A model generated the notes under the pieces. The model searched no databases. It was given only the letters and a program-made list of their open reading frames with translations, and had not been told where the DNA came from. The translations under genes were made by a program, and so were the position numbers. Source: a virus (Duplodnaviria > Caudoviricetes). Taken from it: a DNA stretch of 35,616 nt. The stretch covers positions 1 to 35,616 of the IMG/VR virus record IMGVR_UViG_3300032234_000295; one strand, 5' to 3'. Below, piece by piece: positions 8,245 to 17,400 of this stretch (the first letter of the stretch is position 1; every line of letters starts with the position of its first letter).

Positions 8245-9873
8245 TTATTGGCTTGATCTGCCCTCACCCTGCGGATTTCTGCCAGAAATCGTTGCTGGGC
8301 TGTCTGATGAGTTGTTTGTTCTTTCTGCGTCTCGTTGTCTGTTTTGTGCTGTGTTTGCTGAGGCATCTGCAGCCTGTCTAGGGTTAAGCTCCATTGGCTT
8401 ATCCCCATCCTTACGCTGTGGAAGGTCTAGCAATTCACGAGCCTCGTTAGGGACCATAATTTTATTACGGACATAACGCTCTAGAATCTGAGACTGTGCA
8501 ATCTCATCTGTTAGAGTTAGCTCGTTAAACCTTAGTTCAAGGATATCTGTCTTTTCTTTAATAATCTTGTTAACCATTTTCTCAAGGTGCTCCTGTGCTG
8601 GTCTTGCAACCTGCTCCTTAAAAGTGCGATCCTGAGAAATAGCTGCAGCGATACCTGAGTCTGTACCACCTAGCTTTGAAATTGGGACCTGGTGAGCAAT
8701 AAGGATATCATCTCTGTTTTGCTTACGATACTCTTTGAACGATCCATCCTGAATACCGTTCTCAATTGGCTCCATATTAAATTCAACTTTGTTGCCATCA
8801 GAATCTCCAGGTAGTGGAATGTAAAGTGTTCTGTGTGACTGAGACTTTAGTCCAGTCTGCAAGAAACGGAACATCTTGTCTTCTGCATCTGCAGAAAGCT
8901 TTGCACCTTTAAGAGTAATAATGTAGCGTGGCACTGCTTTATTCTGGAAGTAGTCAATGTTGTACTGAGCTGCCAGAGAGTCTCCAACAAGTGAACTTAC
9001 AGCAGAAAGGATGTCAGGAATACCGTAGAAAGTATTAAGAGGAGAGTAAGACTTGTAGTGAATAAGTTCATTTGGTCTTGGGTCTCCTGTTACTGGGTTT
9101 GGATTGTTTGCCCCAAAATTTCTAAAGTAAACAACCTTGTTTCCAATAATCTGAAGGTATCCATCACGAAGTCTGCGAACACGAATAGTAGTTGCTGGAA
9201 CGTGTCCAACATATCCAATTTCTCCTAGTGCAGTTCTTCCAATTTCAAGATAACCATTTCCTGTTGACTCATAGTCAATCAAAACCTTTTTCATTGTGGT
9301 AGTAAAAGAGTCGTCGTCATTCATTGACTCTAGCCAATCAGTTAGCTCAATCTTCATTCTTTCAATTCTTTTACGAGCCTTTTCAACTGCTGTGCTATCT
9401 TCTCTAGATTCTAGGTTTAGAGAGGTACGGTCTGTTACGTTAAACGCATAACCTAATCCAACAATGTTAGCAACTTTTGCATCAATAGCTGCGTGGTTTG
9501 CAAATGAAGAATCGTAGTAGTTTGCTAGCTCATACATATTGTATGGAGGAGTAATAACATCAAACAATCCGTAGCCGTTTCTGTAAACAGAACCAGGATT
9601 AATCTGCTTACTTTCAGAGCCATCTATACCAGTTGATCTTGCAGAAGCAGATGTTAGATACGCTTCTGATGATGGTGCTGCATTATTTGGTGTAGCGTAA
9701 TCGTACTGAACCTTAACAAGTCTGTCAGTTCTACGCTTAAAGTTTTTCTCTATGCCAGCATAGCTTTTTAACTCGTCCCAGTTTTTAGCAAACGGATCTT
9801 GAGCCTTAAACTGATTTACAGGTTCATCCTGTGTATTTAGGGATGCACCAATATAGTATTCGTTCTGTTCCAT
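8245..9873 (-). CDS. Portal protein (HK97/PBSX-like)
   Basis: TGNGYLEI, FYGIPDILSA, YFQNKAVPRYII, DILIAHQVP and MVPNEARELLDLP motifs; upstream of the protease. Confidence 0.93.
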   Translation of the reverse strand: MEQNEYYIGASLNTQDEPVNQFKAQDPFAKNWDELKSYAGIEKNFKRRTDRLVKVQYDYATPNNAAPSSEAYLTSASARSTGIDGSESKQINPGSVYRNGYGLFDVITPPYNMYELANYYDSSFANHAAIDAKVANIVGLGYAFNVTDRTSLNLESREDSTAVEKARKRIERMKIELTDWLESMNDDDSFTTTMKKVLIDYESTGNGYLEIGRTALGEIGYVGHVPATTIRVRRLRDGYLQIIGNKVVYFRNFGANNPNPVTGDPRPNELIHYKSYSPLNTFYGIPDILSAVSSLVGDSLAAQYNIDYFQNKAVPRYIITLKGAKLSADAEDKMFRFLQTGLKSQSHRTLYIPLPGDSDGNKVEFNMEPIENGIQDGSFKEYRKQNRDDILIAHQVPISKLGGTDSGIAAAISQDRTFKEQVARPAQEHLEKMVNKIIKEKTDILELRFNELTLTDEIAQSQILERYVRNKIMVPNEARELLDLPQRKDGDKPMELNPRQAADASANTAQNRQRDAERTNNSSDSPATISGRNPQGEGRSSQ

Positions 9874-10253
9874 TAGTCTTCGAACGCAGCCTCTCCATAT
9901 TTGTCATAGCTTGCCTGAGCATCTTGCCAAGCTCCAGTGTCAGTTAGGGATGGGATGTATCCTTGTTTCATTCTGTCCACTTGCTCTGAGTGCGTCTCGT
10001 CAGATACCCTCGTCAATCCAGGGACAAACTTAACTTCTCCGTCGCCTGGATCACCATAATACTTGGCAGCAGAGTAAAGCTCTGCAATCTTTGCTAGGTC
10101 ACCCTTGGTTGATGGTATGTTTAAAACGTTTCCTTCGCCATCTGTGAAGTACTTTCCGCTTGCCTTTTTGTACACATAAAGACCCCAATCAACGTCTGTT
10201 TCAATAACTCGTCTACGGACGTTACTAACTTTTGATAAAATCTCGTTTTCCAT
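9873..10253 (-). CDS. Hypothetical protein (126 aa), coupled to the portal gene; start revised to ATG 10253
   Basis: TAATG overlap with portal; ATG 10253 lies 7 nt after a TATACT hexamer (leaderless geometry). Confidence 0.75.
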   Translation of the reverse strand: MENEILSKVSNVRRRVIETDVDWGLYVYKKASGKYFTDGEGNVLNIPSTKGDLAKIAELYSAAKYYGDPGDGEVKFVPGLTRVSDETHSEQVDRMKQGYIPSLTDTGAWQDAQASYDKYGEAAFED

Positions 10254-10260
10254 AACCACT

Positions 10261-10271
10261 AGTATACCATA
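10261..10271 (-). promoter_or_regulatory. Extended -10 promoter TATGGTATACT (leaderless)
   Basis: Plus strand agtataccata fills the short gap after the 1301-aa gene stop. Confidence 0.68.
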
Positions 10272-13200
10272 TTACACTGGTGTTTGAACAGACTGATTCC
10301 AAGTAATATTGTTAAATGATCTAATTAGTTCTGGCCTAATCAAGATTCCTCTAGCCTGGTCATCAATAACTATCCTATCAGAACCAGTGTACTTGGCGTA
10401 TATTTGCTCAGGGTTAACCTCAAAGGACCTTGCCTGAGAGAACACCTTGACGCTTCTCCAAGTAAATGGTGCTTTGCTTTCGTCAGTAACGACAAGGTCT
10501 GAAACCACATATGCCCAGGTACTTGCAGAAACCCTACCACCTGCAGAATATCCTGCCACTCTTGTACCAGCAATCGTAAACGAAGCCTCTGTTGCAGACA
10601 GAACTACTGCGTTAGTTACGTTATATTCTTCTGGAATAGCGCCTGTAATTGTAACCAAATCTCCAGGGTTATACTCTACGTTTGCAAAGTAAGTTACCTG
10701 AGAGCTGGTGGCTGTTGCATTAGATATTGTTCCAGCCTTTACAGACTTGAGGTCTTCCCAAATTCTGGTTTCAATTGACTCATCTTTTTCTAGGTTTGTT
10801 GCTAGGTTGTAGGAAACATTGTTGTACATCAATGGTCCGTTAAGACTGATGGTTCCAGTTCTACTACTAAAGTCTAGAAGATCTGGGAACTCTATGGCTA
10901 ATACGGTCCACTCTTCTTTTGTTAAGAATGGAGTTACAACTTCTTTTCCATTAATAAAATACTTAAAGTTGTCAACGAGCTGACCAGTTTCTCTGTCAAG
11001 TGCCGTCACAAATCCTCTAACCATACTTGAGTCTGCTTGAATGAAAAAGTCATAGATTCCAGAGTTGTGGTCAATTGAGAATATCTTTACTCTTTCCCCT
11101 GGAAATTCTTTGTCAGCAAATCTTAGCCACATCTGAATAGAGCTTACCTCAGTATTGAATGCTCTTGCAAGGTTTACTGGAACTGCAATTCCACGGTCAG
11201 TTTGAAGCTCAAACTCTCCACGTAGCTTCCATCCAGATTGACGGTTTAGGTATAGGTGGGGGGTGCTCTTTTTATATGTCGCAATAGGGTTCTTACCCTT
11301 AAAGTCAAAGTAGATTCCAGACCTGTTATAGTAGTAAACTGGCACACCAAACTTTGATCCAACTGGAGTAAAGGCAGTTCTTTCAAATACCTGAGATGCC
11401 AACTGAAGCTCTTTGATTCTAATTGGCTGGTGCAAAATACCCTCTGACTTAAATTCTAGGTGATATACAATTGCTAGGTCATTAAAGTTAACTGGAACTT
11501 TTGTTTCGTTATTATTAATAGTCCTGTTAACCACTGTTGGTGGGTATATCAGAGTTCCTGTAGTAAGCTCGTAAGCTGTATTTTCCCAGTTAAACTGTTT
11601 ACCATCTGGATCAACAATTCCGTTGGCAAGTGGCTTTGCAATGTTTGGGAAGTCTTCTAGGTTTGTGTTAGCACCAGAGTTAATTCTTTGGAATGAGATA
11701 TAGCTTCTAAGCGTTGACTTCTCAGTGTTAAAGAATATTGTCTTTACGGAGTTTTCGCTCATGTCTTCGTAGTTTTCCCAGTTAGTAAAGAATTTGTTAT
11801 TCAGGTCTCTGTAAAGAAGGGTTATTGGACTACGATACTCAGCAAACAACTCTCCATATGTCCAGCCTTCTGCTATCTCTTCTACTGTATTTGAGTTTGG
11901 CTCAGGAAAGTCTAGGTTAAACTGCAGAACGTCTAGCTCGTAATTCTCATTGCCATCGCTGTCTGTAATAAACTTTGCAAAGTATGATAGTGGCATGTAG
12001 TCTTCCCAATACCCCGCAATTGCAATGTCAGCAAAAAAGATGTCATACTTTTGAACAGCTACCAGCGTGTAGTTAGCTGTGTGGTCAAAGATGTCCTCAG
12101 CCGTTTCTTCTGACTCGTTAAAGATACCCTGGATATTATAGAAGTTTTTGATCTTTTTATTGTTGTAAGCTGCGTCTAGTCCAAACTTGTAGATTTTTCC
12201 AAAGAATTTTGAGTTAGAATCTCCAGCTAGCGATATATCTAGGACTGCTGTGTTTGCAAAAAATCTGTTTATTCCAGCTGTCTGAGTCTTAGATAAGCTA
12301 GGGATGTTGATTCCAGCTGTAAACTTTTTGTCTGCCTCAATAGTCTTTGTAGCAAGAATAGTTGTTAGTCCAGATATATTGATTAAATAAGTAAGAGTTG
12401 TCCTGTCAATACTTATTAAGAAGTAGTCATTGCTTGCCTTGTTAACAATTTTGATAAGTGGCTTATTCATCTCAGTGCCGTCTGTTTTAAATATGCCATA
12501 GACAGTTTCTACAGGATCATTAAGAACGTTTAAAGCCTTAAAGTAGAAGTATTCGTTTTCTGATGGCCCTGTTCCTAGGGTTAAATACTTTCTTCCTAGC
12601 TCGTCATCTGGATCTTCAGGATCTTCTTGTATTTCAAAAATTTGATCAAACAAGCTTTGCTTTGTTCTGTTGACTAATTTAAACTCTGGCAAGACATAGT
12701 TTGGCAAACCAACAGACTTGCTTTCTGCATCTACGTTACTAAAGAATGCCTGTTTCCAGTTAGCAAAGTCAGGGTAGTTATAGTTGGCTGTGTAGTCAGC
12801 AAATGCATAGTCGTTAAAGGCCGTCACAGCGTTAAGGGCGGAGTTTGTCTGCTCTGGTGGTGCAATTGCCTGTCCCCAAACAAAGTGCCTCTTAGCGACC
12901 TGTGTGGGCATACTGTATGGGTAAATAGAAAACGAGTCTAGGTCAATAATTGACACATCGTCGTAAGCATAAAACCCTAGCCAGTCTTGACTTTTGCCAG
13001 CAACTATGTCTTCTGGGAAGCTTATTTCATTTTGATTTATTTCAAGATTAATAACTTCTTCTCCATTAATAATCAGGATTACAGCATCTTGGGTATATCT
13101 AATGTGAACAAGCATAGGTCTGTACCACTCAGCAATAAAGTGTGACCTATAAACGTCTCCAACTTTTAGTGTTAAAAATGCGTCATCAACATAAAGACCG

Positions 13201-14177
13201 TCAGAGCTACCAATAGGGCCAAAGATTCTTTTGGAGGTAGCAGCTGATGAGTTAATTCTTAGCCACATCTCTACTGTATATGTGTTTTGTTTACCAATCT
13301 TGTTTAAAAATCCGTACCCTGGAAAAATTAAAGATGGCAAGTTTTGATTGTTAACAAAGTTAGGAGCTATCTTTGTAACATTTGAAGATCCGTATACAAG
13401 AGGCACTCCAAGGTTTGTAGCCACAAGCTCGTAATCTTTAGATAAATAGTAAGCGTTTTCTCCTGCAGCTCCGTATGGAAAGGCTGGGATTGCTTTTATT
13501 CCAGATGGCAAAGCAATGTTTGATGGAAGATTGCCTGGTGTAATTCCATAAGAAGTTCTAACAAACTCTTCTGCCCACTGACCAACAGTCAAACCATTTA
13601 TAAAAAAGTCATACTGCTCTTCTATTCCACCTTTTGTAATGTTTACTTTAATTAAAAATCGTATTTCGTCAACGTCTTCTGGTGGAAGGTCTACTGTCTG
13701 AGACACAAATCTCCACTTGTTTGTGTCAACAGCTCTAGTTGGTACAGTCTTTAGTATTTCCACAACCTCTAAAGTTTCTGGATCATCATATTCATAGCCA
13801 ATAGAAATTGAGTTAGATAGCTCTGACTTCATGTAGATGTGGAAGCCAATTACAAAGTTAGAAAAGCTAGACACAAAGTTTTCACTTATAGGAAACTTAC
13901 TTCTTAAAATAATGTCTGCAGTATCTGGAAGTGGTGGGGTACCCTCAAGACGTGTGGTTGGAGAGTTTGGAAATGGGGTAGCCTCTAAAGATGTACCAAG
14001 TACTGAAGTTGCTTCTGCACCAACTACATCCCACTTTGCAAAAAGATGAATCTTTCTTTCTTCGTCAGAAATATGCGAGATATAGTCAACGTTTTCATTA
14101 AGAGTCCAAATAGCAATTGGATGCTCTGAGCTAGCTCTTTCTACATAAGCATTAGATAGGGTAGTGTTAATGGCCAT
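10272..14177 (-). CDS. Large putative virion structural protein (1301 aa) with LamG/concanavalin-A-like beta-sandwich segments
   Basis: Long ORF with SD AGGAG; SEHPIAIWTLNE and YTVEMWLRIN...LIINGEEV resemble LamG-type domains; a short GDLVTITG..YN module near the C-terminus. Confidence 0.7.
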   Translation of the reverse strand: MAINTTLSNAYVERASSEHPIAIWTLNENVDYISHISDEERKIHLFAKWDVVGAEATSVLGTSLEATPFPNSPTTRLEGTPPLPDTADIILRSKFPISENFVSSFSNFVIGFHIYMKSELSNSISIGYEYDDPETLEVVEILKTVPTRAVDTNKWRFVSQTVDLPPEDVDEIRFLIKVNITKGGIEEQYDFFINGLTVGQWAEEFVRTSYGITPGNLPSNIALPSGIKAIPAFPYGAAGENAYYLSKDYELVATNLGVPLVYGSSNVTKIAPNFVNNQNLPSLIFPGYGFLNKIGKQNTYTVEMWLRINSSAATSKRIFGPIGSSDGLYVDDAFLTLKVGDVYRSHFIAEWYRPMLVHIRYTQDAVILIINGEEVINLEINQNEISFPEDIVAGKSQDWLGFYAYDDVSIIDLDSFSIYPYSMPTQVAKRHFVWGQAIAPPEQTNSALNAVTAFNDYAFADYTANYNYPDFANWKQAFFSNVDAESKSVGLPNYVLPEFKLVNRTKQSLFDQIFEIQEDPEDPDDELGRKYLTLGTGPSENEYFYFKALNVLNDPVETVYGIFKTDGTEMNKPLIKIVNKASNDYFLISIDRTTLTYLINISGLTTILATKTIEADKKFTAGINIPSLSKTQTAGINRFFANTAVLDISLAGDSNSKFFGKIYKFGLDAAYNNKKIKNFYNIQGIFNESEETAEDIFDHTANYTLVAVQKYDIFFADIAIAGYWEDYMPLSYFAKFITDSDGNENYELDVLQFNLDFPEPNSNTVEEIAEGWTYGELFAEYRSPITLLYRDLNNKFFTNWENYEDMSENSVKTIFFNTEKSTLRSYISFQRINSGANTNLEDFPNIAKPLANGIVDPDGKQFNWENTAYELTTGTLIYPPTVVNRTINNNETKVPVNFNDLAIVYHLEFKSEGILHQPIRIKELQLASQVFERTAFTPVGSKFGVPVYYYNRSGIYFDFKGKNPIATYKKSTPHLYLNRQSGWKLRGEFELQTDRGIAVPVNLARAFNTEVSSIQMWLRFADKEFPGERVKIFSIDHNSGIYDFFIQADSSMVRGFVTALDRETGQLVDNFKYFINGKEVVTPFLTKEEWTVLAIEFPDLLDFSSRTGTISLNGPLMYNNVSYNLATNLEKDESIETRIWEDLKSVKAGTISNATATSSQVTYFANVEYNPGDLVTITGAIPEEYNVTNAVVLSATEASFTIAGTRVAGYSAGGRVSASTWAYVVSDLVVTDESKAPFTWRSVKVFSQARSFEVNPEQIYAKYTGSDRIVIDDQARGILIRPELIRSFNNITWNQSVQTPV

Positions 14178-14192
14178 TGTTCTCCTACCCCT

Positions 14193-14203
14193 ATTTTATC
14201 ATA
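14193..14203 (-). promoter_or_regulatory. Extended -10 promoter TATGATAAAAT
   Basis: Plus strand attttatcata in the intergenic gap. Confidence 0.65.
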
Positions 14204-14434
14204 CTAATCTTCTTGTGGTAGGGCAGCTAACTCATCTTGATGAATTTTGATTGCTGTTTCTAAAACACTTAGAGACTTTCTAATTGTTTCAACTTGTTCT
14301 TCAGATCCAATTATTTCTGCTGTCTTTAGATTAAGCTGATACTGATATGCATCAGAACCAAACTGTGCAAGTCTTTTTTCAATAATCTGACGCTTTTCAC
14401 TAGGCGACAAAATTGAGTCAAAATCAACTGACAT
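14204..14434 (-). CDS. Hypothetical helical/coiled-coil protein (76 aa)
   Basis: SD GAGGAG, own promoter, two predicted amphipathic helices. Confidence 0.72.
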   Translation of the reverse strand: MSVDFDSILSPSEKRQIIEKRLAQFGSDAYQYQLNLKTAEIIGSEEQVETIRKSLSVLETAIKIHQDELAALPQED

Positions 14435-14457
14435 ATATTACTCCTCTGTTTAAGAAA

Positions 14458-14486
14458 AGTATATCATAATCCCTGAAAGTAAGCAA
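14458..14486 (-). promoter_or_regulatory. Promoter TTGCTT-N17-TATACT with TATG extension
   Basis: -35 at 14486-14481, -10 at 14463-14458, spacer 17 nt. Confidence 0.68.
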
Positions 14487-14489
14487 GCA

Positions 14490-17400
14490 TTAAGCCTGAG
14501 CTTCAGCCCATGATAGCTTAGCAGCTGTCAGGGTGTCGTTACCAGTTAGACGTGATACCGCAATTGTTAGAATGTCTGGGCCATCTGGGAAGATTGAGTC
14601 TCCACCAAGAATAGAGTTTGACAACTCAAACAGTGTTGAAACGTTTACAGATGTTGTGTCTTCAGTATTGTTTGCTCCACCAGCTGCACGGAAGTTATAT
14701 ACCTGAACTCCACCAGAAACTGTGTCTGCAGAGGTATGCTCAACAATCTGAGTAAGAGATGGATTGTCTACACCAGTAAAGTTTAGGTTATTTAGTCTTC
14801 CGTTTAGTAGCACCTTTACGTCAACAAGCTGATTGGTTGAAACACCAATTTCTTGTAGTCGTAGCTGCATTCGGTTAATGATATCTCTATCTCCAAGCTT
14901 ACCAGTCAAACCTTCAGAAACTGATGGACTCAAACGAAGTGAAATCAGTGGCTGATAATTTGGACCAGAGGTGTTATTTAAAGAACCGTCTGGGTAGAGG
15001 AAGTAGGTGTACTGAGTATTTCCACGAGAAGTAAAGTTTAGTACTTCAGATACTGCCAAAGTAGTAGATACCGTAGAATTAACAGTTTGAGCAGTTCCAG
15101 AAACTGGGTAAGTAAAGGTGGTAGCATTTACAACCGTTACTGGTCCAACATAGTTTGGAATGTTAGCTACTCCAGAGTTGTAAACTCCAACATAATTATT
15201 CCCTGTGGCTGGTATATTGTGAGCTTGATCTTCTACAACAGTAACTGTGTTACCTGTACGAGAAACAGTAGCACCAATGCTAATTGTTGCATTTAGCGGA
15301 GTTAGGTGAATTAGGTTTGGGGAATTGACAAACGCTCTATACTTAGCACTATTTGTCAAGTTAGCACGAGTATTACTTCCAATTACTTGGGTAGCAGGGT
15401 GTTGTGAATTAGCACCTGGCAAACCATTCGTAGCCAAAGACTGGAACTGTAAAATATCTCCAGTACGGAAACCGTGTGTTTGTACTGTAAATAGATCAGT
15501 GTCTATGTTAATTCCAGTAGAAGCAAACGACTTTGCAGTTGTTCCTGGAACGTTTAGAGTCTGGCTATTTGCGGTAAACAAGTAAGCGTTGTCATCATCA
15601 AAACGACCATCCATAATTACAGAAGTACCCCAGTGGAATAGCGTTGGGATGTATGTTGGGTTGTCGTATGTAACAACTTCATAACGAGCTGGCAAGTTTC
15701 CAGAACGGAAGTATGACTCAAACAATTGATTATTGTGGATAAACTCGTGTAGATATTTAACCTGTCCATTTGCAGTTTTAAATCCAAAACGAATCTTACC
15801 AGCACCATACCAGGAGTAGTCAATGTAGGCCATCTGAATCTTAGATAGATCTAGGTTGTATCCAGTAGGACCATTGCCATCAGCCTTGTCTATACTCCAC
15901 TCTTCTTGAGGAACTCTTGTATCTACTGTCTTAGTAATAATAATTCCAGATTTTGCAGGAGCAAATGAGTGAACAGCTGTAGTTCCAACGCTTGACAAGT
16001 CTACGTTTGTTTCAGCGTCAGGGGTAGCTAGTAGCTTAAAGTTATTGTTATCAATAAGGTCTACGTAGTAAGTGCGTCCATTAACCAAGCCACCAATTGC
16101 TTCTCCATCAATAGAGTTGTAAACTAGTGGTAGTTTGTCATTAAATCCGTGGTTAACAAAGTTAAACGTATCGCTATCTAATCTAACTACGCCAGTTGTG
16201 CCGTTTCCAGGATTAAATTCTTTTTCGACTCCTGAAGAACCTTTGTATTCTGGTCTAATTGATAGACGAGTGTCAGACTCAATTTCAACAACCCTATAAG
16301 ACTGACCACGCATTACGATCATGTTTCCAACCTCAAGCTGTGCAGTAAATTTGGTATTAGTTCCAAATACTAGCTCTGAGCCCTGTAGGGATGCTGCAGT
16401 GCCAGCAATCTGCTGAGTAGAAGAACGTCTTACGGCATAAAGCTTTTGTCCATCAAATTCAAAGAATGCTCCGTTTTGAGAATCAAACATTCCAGTACGA
16501 ACTGCACCATTTGTCCAGCCTTCAACATAGAACTGTGGAAATCCGTAAGAAGAGCTTTCGTTTCCAGTTGGAACTGTGATAGGTGAGGTTATTCTAAAGG
16601 AAGTTGGAGTATCTACAATGACTTGGAATCTTCCGTTGTAAATTGAACTTCTAGATCCAGTTGAAGTTTCTGCTTGATCAACAACAACAAACAAACCATC
16701 AATTAGTCCGTGAGGTCTGCGAGTCCTACATAGAATTTGCGTAGAGCTAAACCTTGTCATTGACTCTAGGTCAATAGATGGCTTGAAGTTAATACCACAA
16801 GAAGTCTGTAGACCCTTACCTGACTGGTAGCGGAAGTACTTACGAGTTTGACGAATAATTTGAGCCAAAGAAGTACCTGAACCAGCAGACATTTCAACAC
16901 CACCATCAAATGGACGATGCAAAGAATATCCTTGAGGACGTACATAAATAAATGTTGGGTATGAGTAAGAAACTCCGCTGTATCCACTAGCATAAGGACG
17001 ATCCACAGTAATCTGGGTATCTGAACCAATTGCTGTAATTCTACGAATAATCGGACCAACAGGAATTGTTTCAGTAAGTGTAAAACCTGTTCCTACACCT
17101 TGTGAACTAAACACAATAGGACTGATATTGTTTATAGCATCTGAACGTGAGCTGTGAAGAGTAATCTGAGTTCCAGAAATAACTCTTACAAAGTAGTAGT
17201 AATTGGTAATCAATGGAGTTGGAGAAGTTCCTCCACCATTTTCAAATACTGCAGTGTCTCCAGTAGTAAAGCTGTGAGCTTTTGTAATTACGTTATTTGA
17301 AGTGTTGATATCTGCAGCTGCAAATGTAATTGATGTAGTAGTGCTTGGTGGGAACAGACGGAATCTATCTCCTACCTTTAGAACCTTGGCAAAAGATGTT